64,000 nucleotides of DNA from Podarcis erhardii (Eukaryota): NCBI GenBank assembly GCA_964252035.1, contig OZ176213.1; one strand, 5' to 3'. The position numbers were made by a program, and so were the translations under genes. This document shows positions 48,006-60,224 of the stretch, piece after piece (positions within the stretch are counted from its first letter, which is position 1; each line of letters begins with the position of its first letter). Under the pieces are notes generated by a model, which was not told the DNA's origin, did not search any database, and saw only the letters and a program-made list of their open reading frames with translations.

Positions 48006-48128
48006 CAACACATCCAACACGAGTGGGGTTCAGTTCGAAATCTGGGGGGCATTCACAGGTATAACTGCCAGGCATATTGAGGCAAGTGCCGCTGATGCAA
48101 GTTGTGGGGTCTGCACACTCGTTGATAT
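48006..48128 (-). CDS. FBN1: FBN1 exon 36, cbEGF22
   Basis: 123 nt; DINECADPTTCISGTCLNMPGSYTCECPPDFELNPTRVGCV; cag / gtaaat. Confidence 0.95.
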
Positions 48129-48840
48129 CTGGACAGGAAAAATGCAAGAAGAACCTAGGAGTGAGCAAACACCCAAAGACTCCAAGCAAATCATACAAAC
48201 AGCAGCAAGAAAACCAGGTATGCCCATTTCCATGGTTTGTCTACTAAGCCTAAGAGGAAAATACAAGGCAATGCCCATTTAAGCCTCAACGGATTTCAAT
48301 GTTCTATTGAATGCAAACATCCTATACCCATTCTGTGATCCAAACATCACTTTGAATTAATATCCTGGGTTCTCATCATCTACTATTCCCTTCCTTGCCA
48401 GCCAATTTACTAAGCATTTTTTCGATGCAAATTAAATATTCTTCATATTTCCGATGCATATTGTGGGGTTTTTTTTGTTTATTTGTTTAAAGAACAAAAA
48501 GAAAATGCAGTTCTGCAAAATCAGGCACGATGGCCCTGATCCCGAAAGTTGTACATGGAATTTTGGCGTGACTGGAATCATGTTTGCTGAGTGCCCACTG
48601 TCGTTTGAGAGTAGAGACCTTGCAGATTATGTTTGACTACATATCCAATCATCCCTGATCATTGGCCATGCTGGCTGTGACTGAGAGGAGCTGAAGTCCA
48701 AAGACATCTGCAAAGTCACACGTTCCCCCAGACCTGTTTTAGCAAGTAAATATAAAATGCTTTGCATCTATCCACAACAACAACAAAGAAAAGTGCCTGT
48801 CAGATTAGCTTGATTTAAGACTGTAAGGCTGCATATACAT

Positions 48841-48981
48841 CATACATTTAAAGCACATTCGCACCCACCCCAAAGAATCCTGGGGACTGTAGGTTTTTTT
48901 AAGCATGCTTGGAATTGTAGCTCTGTGAAGGGCAAACTACAGTTCCCAGGATAATTGGGAGGCGAGTGCTTTAAAGGTATG
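48841..48981. mobile_element. Palindromic MITE-like repeat
   Basis: CATACATTTAAAGCAC / GTGCTTTAAAGGTATG inverted ends; same family as 4411-4558. Confidence 0.6.
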
Positions 48982-49269
48982 GTGTGAACACAGTCAAAGC
49001 ATAATATGTGGAAATGCCTACCTCCAAACATTTCGTTTTCCCAATCCAACAGAAATGGTAACATATTTGGCAGGTGGTACGATTGAATGTGGCCATCCTT
49101 TGTAAGATCAAACTCATAGCACCAGGATGTCTTTGCCACTGAAGATTAGTTAATCTGGACATATTTCTGAGAAAACTTGTTTACACGAGCAATTAAGTAA
49201 AGAGGCCTATCTCTTTAATGAATCAGCCAAGTAATGTTAACAACTAGATTGGCCAAGTCACATACTTAC

Positions 49270-49392
49270 CTGTGCAGTTCCCACCGCTTCGGTCCAATTC
49301 ATATCCTGTCTCACAGTGGCACTGGAACAAGCCAGGCAAGTTTTGGCAAGTCCCAAAGACACATATGTTGGGAAGGGCACACTCATCGATAT
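49270..49392 (-). CDS. FBN1: FBN1 exon 35, cbEGF21
   Basis: 123 nt; [41 protein letters not shown]; aag / gtaagt. Confidence 0.95.
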
Positions 49393-50243
49393 CTTGAAGG
49401 AAGGGGAAAAGAGACAGGAGATGCCTTAATTACGTTGATATAAGCAAGAACGCAACTTTCAGTTTTAAGTAATGAACCACAATTCGAAAAGCAAAATACA
49501 AAAGTGGGTGAGAAAAACACCAGCATGTTCTTTAAAAGTAAAAAAAAAATAAAAGACTCAAAGGGCACTCCCCATAAAAATGCCAGAGAGAGCAGGAATA
49601 AATAAATATTTAGCAGGCAGCTCCACCTTACAAGGGACCTAGACAGTGGGGTGAGGCAGTTGGAAACATTTGTCCTCTGATAGTTCCAGTGTAGTCTCTC
49701 CCCTTATGGGATGAGTCTCAGAAACACTGTACTCACTAGCCATGAGATATCTCTCATTTCTTCCTGAGAAATTCATGAAGATTGTTCAGTAATCTGGGAG
49801 AGAGTAAAGATGTGTACTCAGAACTATGGTGGGAAGCTAACCCTGTTTCTTGACCCTGCTGATGCCAATTTCTAGGGTGATAGCTGGGTTTGCTCCCTGC
49901 ATCAGTCTTGCTGATTACAACTTGTTCACTTTGTCCCATAGAACTTAATGCCACTAAGAACTATGAATTGTTTATGTATAATTGTTTTTAATACTTGCAA
50001 ACCACTTGCAAGCCTGTTTTGACATTAAGCAGTAAATAAATTAACAAATAATAATAATAATTACCATACTACATCAATAATGAATCTAGCTGCTATATGT
50101 AAAACTTCATTTCATCATCTGCATAATCCCAACTAGGATTCACAATTGATTTCAATGCTTGTTTGTATAGGATACGATTCACAGAGGTTTAGCATTGCTA
50201 TGAGTTGTTGATGCACTGTGATGCTGAGATCATCATTCATAAC

Positions 50244-50698
50244 TGTCAGGGAACTGCCATCAGTGCCAGAGGGAGAGAGCAAAAGCCAGAGGGATTCCAG
50301 AGAGCATCCAGGGATCGGGAGAAGCAGCCCATCTTCTGGGGAAGAGAATCAGCGTAGCACCAGTGGAGAAGGGGGGCAGATGGGGGAAGCGGCGAGGCGG
50401 TCCCATGACTCCTTGCCTGGGACCAGCGGGGAGAGTAGGGGTCCTCCGCTGCCCACACCCTCCTTGCGCAGAAGGCTTTTGCGCAGAGAGAGTAGGAGGA
50501 GACTAGGCGTCAAAGAGCTTCTTTGCTGGAAGAGGTTTAAGAAACGCCCACTGACGGATTCTGCCAGCGACTGAGTCACCCACGGGTGAGTGGCTGCCCG
50601 GACAGAAAAGGTTCATTTTGGCAGCCCAGCCAGGTGTTTGCACCCAGCCGGGGAGATAAGCACCGGCTTACGCACGAGCAACCCCTAGAACCATTACA
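50244..50698 (+). mobile_element. Solo LTR, 455 bp
   Basis: TG...CA termini; perfect 5-bp TSD ATAAC (50239-50243, 50699-50703). Confidence 0.85.
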
Positions 50699-50945
50699 AT
50701 AACCAACTTACGCTTCTTACAATTTTATCTCAATATCTTTATAAACCATTTGATATTTCATAAATATATACCTACTAAGATGAGACACATTCTACTGAAA
50801 CTCCCAAGTGGGCACTTCCATTTCATCCCAATGGCGATATGCTTTTAAATTTCTTTCGAAAAATTCAGGAGACCTGTGTTGATTGCCTAATTACATTGGC
50901 TTGCCAAATTCAGGTAAGTACTGTTTATATACGGCACTGAATTAC

Positions 50946-51071
50946 CTGTGCAGGCTTTCCCATCTGGGGTAGGTAGAAACCCCATATCACATTCACAGCG
51001 ATAACCTCCTGGAGCATTGAGGCACTGGCCGTTTTCACAGAGGTTCAAGTTTTCTGCGCATTCATCAATAT
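50946..51071 (-). CDS. FBN1: FBN1 exon 34, cbEGF20
   Basis: 126 nt; [42 protein letters not shown]; cag / gtaatt. Confidence 0.95.
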
Positions 51072-51874
51072 CTGAAAAGAAAAAAAAGTCACAGATGAAC
51101 AATTTCTTTTATTTATGCCAAGGAGCAACTATTGCCCAAGGCCTGAAATTCTACAACAGAAACTAAGGTATGGACATAATGAGCGCTTGCCAAATGGAAA
51201 GGGAGAGAATATATTTTTTTCTTCTTGGGAAGACATGAAGGGATGGAGCCATAGCTCAGTAGAAGAGGTGGGTGGGTGGGTGTGTATATCATACATATAT
51301 TTCTCCTAAGTTTGCAATAGAGTTATTAGCTAAACAAAAAACCCCACAAAGCATGAAAAATGCATAGTCTCGACTACTGTATTGTTATTTTTGGGGGGGA
51401 AAGGTATTGTTCTAGGTTTAAATACATACACTGAGATAAAATACATATTTTGTGATAAAATACTGTTCAAGTATGTACTTAAATATGAATTCCCATCTGG
51501 ACTTTAAAAAACACATATGAGATTCACTTGGGTCAAAAACAGACTGAATCATCCCTAATTTAAACAGCACTCTTTGCACTTTTTTTTAAAAAAAAGTAGA
51601 TTAATGTGGAGATGAAATGGAATAAAATTATGAATGAACCTGTGGAAACAACTGCAACAGAACAGAAAAGGATCTGTCTGACCTTTTTACACAGGCCCCA
51701 TTCAGTTGTTTCTAACAACAGCCACATATTCATTCAAATGGGTAAGATGGCCAGGTACGTGTTCCTGAGGGACCATTTTATATTGTCAAACACTGGGCAG
51801 TGGAGGAAAGGGACTCCCTAAATGTCACTATCAGAGGTATGGGAGGGTCGTCCCCCCCCCCCGAGAAAGCTCAC

Positions 51875-51997
51875 CTGTACATGTGAATCCATCTCCAGAG
51901 TACCCTTCTTTACACAGGCAACGGTATGACCCCATGGTATTTTTGCAATCCGCATGAGGGCTGCACATGTGTGTCCCATTTGAGCATTCATCTAGGT
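51875..51997 (-). CDS. FBN1: FBN1 exon 33, cbEGF19
   Basis: 123 nt; [41 protein letters not shown]; cag / gtgagc. Confidence 0.95.
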
Positions 51998-52780
51998 CTG
52001 AAGGGAACAAAAATGGCATTAATAAAAACATAAATATTTTTCATTGCAAGCTGAAAGGGAAAGTCTTGCAACAGCAGAAGGTCTATAAAAAAAACAAATG
52101 GCACGACAATACGGGGGACAAAATTCCCAATTAATTTTTTTTTAAAAAAAAAATTAGATCTCCATATACTCTATCTGCGGATTGACATAACATTCCCAGG
52201 TCTAAGTCAATTCAGATAAGTACTTAAGATGAAAACTACCAATTAATATACCAGGCAATTCATCACCAAAACACGTCGCTGTGCCAAATGCAGATGCTAA
52301 ATTTGGCAGACCAAGAATTTAAGTGCAACATACTTAAAAATAAGCCAAGTTTTGATAGGTGAAGAAATAGCTGCTGAGGTACACTGTACTACTTTGCAGA
52401 TTGTTATAAAAATGCCAGAATAAAGACTGACAGCAATTGTTTATACTCCTGGGAAGAGAAACAAATGTAATTTTAAGCTGATTATTTGAAGCGGTGGAGA
52501 GGGAATGCTTATTTCAAAATCATCTGGGCAGCAGTAGAAGAGGCCTAAGGAAAGCAGCAAATTTTCCTTCTCTCCAAGTTTTTAAGGAGCAGTTAGAAAA
52601 ACATCTGCAAGGGGTTGATGAGATCTCTGCACTGGCACAGAGAGTTGTATTTGATAACTATAAAGTCACTTTCAGAGCAAATGAAGCCAAAGGATGCCCA
52701 AATGATTACTTTCAACACTGACATATAAATATTTCGAAGTTTAAAAACAACAGCACCTGACCAGAGTTCCTCTAACTCAC

Positions 52781-52903
52781 CTTTACACTTGATACCATCA
52801 CCAAGCCAACCTGGGCTGCAACTGCATTTGAAACTTCCAGCAGTGTTCGTACAGATAGCATTCCGGTCACAATTATGGGCTCCAATTTCACACTCGTTAA
52901 TAT
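52781..52903 (-). CDS. FBN1: FBN1 exon 32, cbEGF18
   Basis: 123 nt; [41 protein letters not shown]; cag / gtgagt. Confidence 0.95.
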
Positions 52904-53040
52904 CTGCAGGGGGAAACAATAAAATGTAAGAGAAGCAAATGTAAATCATTTTCTCAAATTTCTTCGGGCAAACACTTTCCCCCCTTAACTGCTTTATTTT
53001 CTGATAAGCAGTTGGCAAATCTTTGAGTACAGTATTCAAG

Positions 53041-53403
53041 AGGTAAAGGGAAAGGACCCCTGACAATTAAGTCCAGTTGCAAATGACTCTGGGCTTGTGG
53101 CGCTCATCTCACTTTACTGGCCGAGGGAGCCGACGTTTGTCCTCAGACAGTTTTTCCGGGTCATATGGCCAGCATGACTAAGCCACTTCAGGTGAAACCA
53201 AAGCAGCGCACGGAAACGCCGTTTACCTTCCCTCTGGAGTGGTACCCATTTATCTACTTGCACTTTGACGTGCTTTTGAACTGCTAGGTTGGCAGGAGCA
53301 GGGACCAAGAAACGGGAGCTCACCCTGTCACGGGGATTCGAACCGCTGACCTTCCGATCAGCAAGCCCAAGAGGCTCAGTGGTCTTAGACCACAGCGCCA
53401 CCA
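53041..53403 (-). mobile_element. Sauria SINE
   Basis: Same body as the other copies; AGGTAAAGG tail at the left end. Confidence 0.9.
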
Positions 53404-54148
53404 TATTTTCAACAGGTGGAAAGATTCTGCAGAGAGCACCACCTTGGCAATGCATTGTTTAATTATGCATAGGTGATTGAATCTGATTTTGATTGCTTAC
53501 ATGACTTCCTTATAGTTTCATTTTAAAGCCAGCTTTCATACTACCAGATGACTGCAATAACAGAAGACAGTGAGAATTCACGAATTTGATTTCTGTAACT
53601 TCTAATGCTAGGAAAGATGATCCACACTTCCCAGGCTAACATGCAGATCCAAATGCATTCATTTTTCAGATTTTGTACTTTTCTGAAGTTTGCAACGTAA
53701 GTTATTGGCTCAAAAATATACCCCAAAATGCTGAAATGCACTATAAAATGTGTTTAGAAATTTGTACAATGAGATAAAATAAGTATTTAAATACATATTT
53801 CAAGATAAAATATTTATTTGAATATGAATTTTTGTACAGGTTAAAAAAATATATTACACATTAATCTGGTAACTGGATGAAACTGACTTGCACTGTTGGC
53901 ATAGACCAGGAACAGGCTGGCTGCCTGTTAGTCCTACTAGCAAGTGGACCCATTTAAATTAAATGCCATGGCTAATTTCAGTGGGTCTACTCTGAGTGGG
54001 GTATAGCTGGATGCAACTTCTTATTCCTTTCTTTCTTTAATAAATAGTCACCCAAAAAGTGGTCAGGGCGGGAGGAGACAGGTGACAAAGTAACTGTTTT
54101 TGGGAAGGCATTTCACATCCCTCAAAAGCAATCATTTTGTGCCCTGAA

Positions 54149-54641
54149 CTAAAGCAGAGACATCACCTTGCCAACAAAGGTCCATATAGTTAAAGCTATG
54201 GTTTTCCCAGTAGTGATGTATGGAAGTGAGAGCTGGACCATAAAGAAGGCTGATCGCCAAAGAATTGATGCTTTTGAATTATGGCGCTGGAAGAGACTCT
54301 TGAGAGTCCCATGGACTGCAAGAAGATCAAACCTGTCCATTCTGAAGGAAATCAGCCCTGAGTGCTCACTGGAAGGACCGATCGTGAAGCTGAGGCTCCA
54401 ATACTTTGGCCACCTCATGAGAAGAGAAGACTCCCTGGAAAAGACCCTGATGCTGGGAAAGATTGAGGGCACAAGGAGAAGGGGACAACAGAGAATAAGA
54501 TGGCTGGACAGTGTTCTCGAAGCTACCAACATGAGTTTGACCAAGCTGCGGGAGGCAGTGGAAGACAGGAGTGCCTGGTGTGCTCTGGTCTATGGGGTCA
54601 CAAAGAGTCGTACACGACTAAACAACTAAACAACAACAACA
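54149..54641 (+). mobile_element. BovB (RTE) LINE 3' fragment
   Basis: PTKVHIVKAMVFPVVMYGSESWTIKKADRQRIDAFELW...KSRTRLNN; (CAA)n tail. Confidence 0.94.
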
Positions 54642-55698
54642 AAAGTTTCAGTCAGAGGAAAGGAGGAGCCTTAACACAGTGGTTTTCAAACTGTGTTGGT
54701 TTGGTCCCCTGATTATGAAACCAAAATAAAATTATCTTCCAGTTTTCCAGTAATACAAAGAGACCGGGCTCTGTTGCCCTATCAAGTCTCTTACGATTCC
54801 TGCAGGACCACTGTGAAGCAGGCTGCTACTCAGCATGACTAAAGATACCCAACACAGCCTCTAAAAATGAAGAGCAAAATATTCATTGACTTTACTAAAA
54901 GTAAGAGCACAGTGTCAAGACTGTATAAACATTTTCTCTATCTATGCCCCCCTCCAGATCTTGTTTCCTTGCAAAGTTTCCCTTTGAGCGTAAAACTGTG
55001 GCAGGCCAATAAAAACAAACATTCTGGCCCAAGGATGACCCTACATCCTCAGCCCGCCCCACTGCTTCTTCCTCCTAGAGCACATGTCTTCTTATCTTAG
55101 TAAGGAACGTCAATTAACGTGATGTGAGGGCTCTGCTTTATTTTCCAGGCCAGTTTGCGTCACACACATAGGAAGCAAAGTTGCCTCGAATGATTTGTTG
55201 CTAGCACAAAACACAGTAGATTTCCATCTAAGAAAGTCTGCGGCAGCCTGCACTGCTCTCAATGAACAGTTGAGTGTGGGGCAAGCCAATGTTTTTTGAA
55301 TATTGTATTCTGTCCAAGTCTATACAAAGTAAAAGAAAAAACAAGGCTGTAATAAAGGGCCGCAACACACCAAGAGGCCATGTGAACCGGTCCCAAGACT
55401 CCAGCGTTTGAGAGCAAGCACAGAAAAACAACCCCATCCCAGCTCTCACACTGAACTTATACTGTCCCACTGAACTAAAACAGAACATAAATTGCTCTGC
55501 CACCAGCCCAGCAGCAGCTATCAACTTGGCCTCTCTACAAGAGTCATATTGTTGTGAGCCACCCTGAGAATATTTGTGTTGAAGGAAGGCATGCAGATAA
55601 ATAAAACGTACACAGTGGAAACAGTGGTGCATATGACATCAATTAAAGCAATGTACATAATGCAAACTAATGCATTGTTTGAAGTGAAAGGGACTTTA

Positions 55699-56054
55699 AA
55701 GATAAAGGTAAACGGATCCCTGACCATTAGGTCCAGTCGTGGCCGACTCTGGGGTTGCGACGCTCATCTCGCTTTATTGGCCAAGGGAGCAGGCGTACAG
55801 CTTCCGGGTCATGTGGCCAGCATAACTAAGCCGCTTCTGGCGAACCAGAGCAGCGCACGGAAACGCCGTTTACCTTCCCACTGGAGTGGTACCTATTTAT
55901 CTACTTGCACTTTGACGTGCTTTCGAACTGCTAGGTGGGCAGGAGCAGGGACCGAGCAACGGGAGCTCACCCCATCGCGGGGATTCGTACCGCCAACCTT
56001 CTGATCGGCAAGCCCTAGGCTCTGTGGTTTAACCCACAGCGCCACCCACGTCCC
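55699..56054 (-). mobile_element. Sauria SINE
   Basis: Full length; imperfect TSD AAAGGGAC(T/C)TTA. Confidence 0.92.
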
Positions 56055-57150
56055 AAAAGGGACCTTACACTGGCCCATATCCTAAGTCCTCACCCGCTCT
56101 GTGACTTCTAGGTCATATTCCTGCCACTATGTGGATGTCCTGAGAGCTGCTCCCAACCTTCTACAGATGCAACAAGAGAGAAAGTGGATATCAACTTTCC
56201 TCTCCATTTCTCCCCAGCCCTGGGTCTTGGGCAAAGTAGCGGCTGGTGGGGCTGTACAGGCAGAGTTGTTCATCTGGCTCCCAATGCCATGTGTCACTGC
56301 TGAGGAGGGGCGAAGTAGCAAGGGCTTCAGTGCGAGCACAGTGGCAAGACCAATGGACTGGCTCCACTGCTATGCCTACACCATGTCAAGCTCCACCGCT
56401 GTGCCCCCCTCCATCATGCAGCAACATGCATCGTTGGGGAGCCAGGTAGGCAACATGGCTCCACCCACCGCTACTGGGAAGATGCATCTTCGTAAGGTTG
56501 CGCATTTTGTCCCCACGTCAACTCTTGTTTCCCACTTGACCTAGGATGAAACGTCGCATGATGTGCAGTTTCTCTCTCTCTCCAGGTTTAGTTTTTAAAA
56601 TATGCACTTTAAAAACAAGCAGATGTATTTCTCAAGTGCTAGAGAGGTGACAGGGTGCGGGTATGGGCTTTTCTCCTGCTCACAGAAGCACGTGAGCGGC
56701 TTCAAACAGGGCTTTTGAGAAGCGCTTCAAGGCAGCTTCAGTGGCCCCATTTCAGCTGAAACAGGATTGTGGGGGGCACATTAAAGTGCTTCTCAAAAGG
56801 GCTGTGTGAAGCATCCACCCCTTCTTTAAATGACGGGGGAGAGGGATGCTTCAATAAATGTTTAAGAAGCACTTTAAGACAGCTCCTGCTCATCCTGTTT
56901 CAGCTGAAACAGGATCACAGGAACTGCTATTAAACTGCCTCTGAAAAGTGCTGTTTGCCTTGTCAGTTTTGTCAGCTGATGGGCATGCTTGGAGGAAATG
57001 ACCTCACGGGCCAAATTGGACCCCCCTGGTAGGCCAAGATTGGTCTGCAGGCCAAAGGTTCCACATAGAGGAACATGCTAGCAATATATATTGCAATGCT
57101 TCTAATGACTAATTAGGCTACATAGGTTATGGTCCATCCAAAAGCTACAA

Positions 57151-57543
57151 CCTCCTGATATGCCCCACAGAGGAACTTACGGTCTTCAAATAAAAACATC
57201 TTGAAGGTCCCAGGCCACAGAGAGGTTAGGCTGGCCTCAACTAGAGCCAGGGCTTTTTCGGCTGCGGCTCCAACCTGGTGGAATGCTCTGTCACAAGAGA
57301 CCAGGGCCCTGCAGGACTTGACATCTTTCCGCAGGGCCTGCAAGACAGAGCTGTTCCGCCAGGCCTTTGGTCAGGGCGCAGCCTGACTCCCTCCTTTGGC
57401 AATCTTTACAAAACTTTAGTTTATGGTTGCCATCAATTTTGATTTTAATTAATTTTTATAATGTTTTTATAATGTTGTACTACTTTAGTGTTGTTAGCCG
57501 CCCTGAGCCCGGTTTCGGCTGGGGAGGGCGGGATATAAATAAA

Positions 57544-57588
<45 letters not shown>
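57151..57588 (+). mobile_element. L2 LINE 3' end with (TAT)n tail
   Basis: Closely similar to the reverse complement of the 3' part of the 40397-41321 copy. Confidence 0.9.
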
Positions 57589-58849
57589 TGTGATGGGAGG
57601 TATGCTTTAAACTAATATTGTTTCCTATGATTTCTTTTGCAGTGGCACTGCACTTATTCCCCAAAGAAAAGCTAAAATAGATATGATAGTTCCAGGGCAT
57701 GTGCAGAGTTTAGATGGACCAAGCTCCTTGGTGACAGGCATTGCAGGGACTGTTTTGTCATTTGCTAGTGGAGGATTTGATAAATACATTGAGCATCAGA
57801 TGTACTAAATACAAGAAATGTGAAGCTTTGATGAAGTATAGGAAGTTGGAATTAGGGCTGGGTTTTATAAAGTAGTTTCTGACTCCCTGCTTCCAAACAC
57901 TTTCTGTGCTGTATTCCTCATTCAAGCAAGATATAGCTGGACGTATATCAAGCAAGACGTAGCTCAGCTGACTCAATTCACTTTCATTTTCTGATAATTA
58001 AAAATGATGGCATGAATCCCACCCAGATTTCTGTCACAGGTAATATATATCTTTGCATATAACCAAATATTTCTATGAACTCTGCCCACATTCTTACTAA
58101 GAACTGAAGTGAAAACAGATTAACATCTGTATAGAATGGGACTGCATGTCAGTGGGTGGATTGCAAACAAAGTTAAATGATTGGGGGTGAAGGGGGAAAA
58201 CATGTTTACTTGTTAAAATGGAAACAATCAGTCATGACTAAAGAGATGAAATATGTAGATGCAACTGTAATAGAACTCAGAGGACATTATGTGGCTGTTC
58301 TCATGAACAAAGAGACTACTCTTGAAAGTTGTATTCACATTTTTGCAATTCTCAAAAAAAAATATGTGTTGGTGTCTTTGGCATGTCAACAGAAAGAAGA
58401 GAATTCGTCCTCCATTGTCAAGCTGTTCAACCCAAATGCACACATTTTTAATGCTGTCACCAAATGCTGTGTCACTGGGGGGGGAGGAGGTCTCCTGTCT
58501 GGGAATAGGAAACAAAGCACTTGGCTCCAGGTCTGAGCAATAAAATAGGCTACAGACATTTTTAACAAAGGAATTTGGACAGTTGGGACAAAAGGAGGAC
58601 CCCTGCTCCTCTTCCACGGGCAGCTGCAAATACTGTTTTCACATTCGAGTGAGCAGTAAAAGGAACACATACTTCACACTGGCTGCCAGAGTGCTAAACT
58701 TATGATAAACACAATACACAAATGTTCGGGGGACACATTCTCACAACTGAGACCACCCCATTTGTCCTACCCCTTTGAATTTCATTACACTACTGCTGCA
58801 AGCTCCCCCTTGCATTGCAGCTGGCTACACATGCACTCTATTCATTGCT

Positions 58850-58859
58850 TTTTATTTTT

Positions 58860-58891
<32 letters not shown>

Positions 58892-59198
58892 TTCTTTTCA
58901 AGTTTATACATTTCACTAACTTTACATTCATTTTGACATTTCCAAACTTGACTTCCATCCCCTTCTTTCTGCGGTTCCTTAAATTTTGTTTTTATTATCT
59001 TCTGCATATCCAAACTAACTGAATTTGTTCATTTATTCATCTTCAAATATACGTGTACTCTTATAAAACTGCAGGTTGTTACAATACTCCTGCCAATGTT
59101 TTTATATAATTTATCTGTAAATATTCAATAAACTGTTTGCATTCTTTTATTTTAAAAAAGTTATCTTGATTTCTTATTCTTCCGGTAAGTTTCGCCCA
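58850..59198 (-). mobile_element. 5'-truncated L1 (ORF2 C-terminus, 3' UTR and (TAAA)n tail)
   Basis: AKLTGRIRNQDN...KQFIEYLQ on the minus strand; 17-bp TSD GCACT(C/G)TATTCATTGCT (58833-58849, 59199-59215). Confidence 0.85.
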
Positions 59199-60088
59199 GC
59201 ACTGTATTCATTGCTGGTCCTTCCTTGGGTTCCTAGAATCTGCTGCCGTTTTTCTGAACCCTCCTTGTATCAACAGACACTCTCTTCTTCCTGTATCTTG
59301 CTGCTCATAAGCAGCAGAAGCGAGTGCACCATGGCAGTAGGAGGAGGAATGCAGAGAGGCAATGCCACCAGAATCTTCAGCTGAAGCAACCCAAGGTTGC
59401 AAGTTCCCATCCCGCGGAGGGAAATACTCCCCCATGGCAAAACATTCCTACCCCTGGAAAGCTAACATACAGAAAGGCTCCTTGCATACTATTCTCCCCA
59501 ACATGCTAATTTTTCTACGGCAGTGTTAACACATCACAGTAAACCATAGCTAAGATTTGTTCTTTGCTTAGCGTCGTTTGTTCAGAGCAAAATGAACCAC
59601 AAAATCCCTGGTTTGGACGCAACACTAAAGCCCCATCAGCACTAAACATTTAGAGCACTATGGCGCCACTGTAAACACTCATGGCTTCCCTCAAAGAATT
59701 CTTGGAACTGCAATTTGTTACGGATGCTGAAAGTTGTTAGGAGACCTACAATCCTCAGAGTGGGAACTGCAGCTCTGTGAAGGCATGATAGGGGTCTCCT
59801 GGTAATTCTCATGATTGTTTGAAGTGGTATGGTACTGCTTTCAAAGCATAGTGCAGATGGCTCCTAAGCTGGAGGTCATCGCTTTTTGCTCCTGCTGGCG
59901 AGAGACTAGGAGCAAAGTGTGATAAATCTCAGTGTTCACTGCAAACTATGCTTACCCATGAAGTGGGCTTTTGTGTATGAAGCTTTCTCTGGAGGGTGGG
60001 GTAGATTTGAATGTGGGATTCCCACATCTATACTAAGAAGTGGTACTAACCCCAAATGACTTTTTAAAATCTGTATCTCTATCTACAG

Positions 60089-60224
60089 CAGGCATCCCCA
60101 ACCTTGGGCCACCCAGATGTTTTGGACTACAATTCTCATCATCCCTCACCACTGGTCCTGTTAGCTAGGGATCATGGGAGTTGTAGGCCAAAACATCTGG
60201 AGGGCTGCAGGTTGGGGGTGCCTG
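60089..60224. mobile_element. hAT-type MITE, 136 bp
   Basis: TIRs CAGGCATCCCCAACCT / AGGTTGGGGGTGCCTG; perfect 8-bp TSD ATCTACAG; core shared with 706-840. Confidence 0.87.

Noticed and set aside
54168-54629. 153-aa plus-strand ORF as a host or antisense gene
   Set aside because: It is the C-terminus of BovB reverse transcriptase in a 5'-truncated copy with a (CAA)n tail.
16200-57700. ORFs with poly-L, poly-N, poly-Y or HT/SL runs (e.g. 16200, 17242, 29281, 57367, 57494)
   Set aside because: Translations of microsatellites and LINE tails.
58177-58670. Cluster of overlapping 70-130-aa ORFs in intron 31 as a possible extra exon or nested gene
   Set aside because: No cbEGF/TB cysteine pattern or other recognisable domain, and no convincing splice-site pair.
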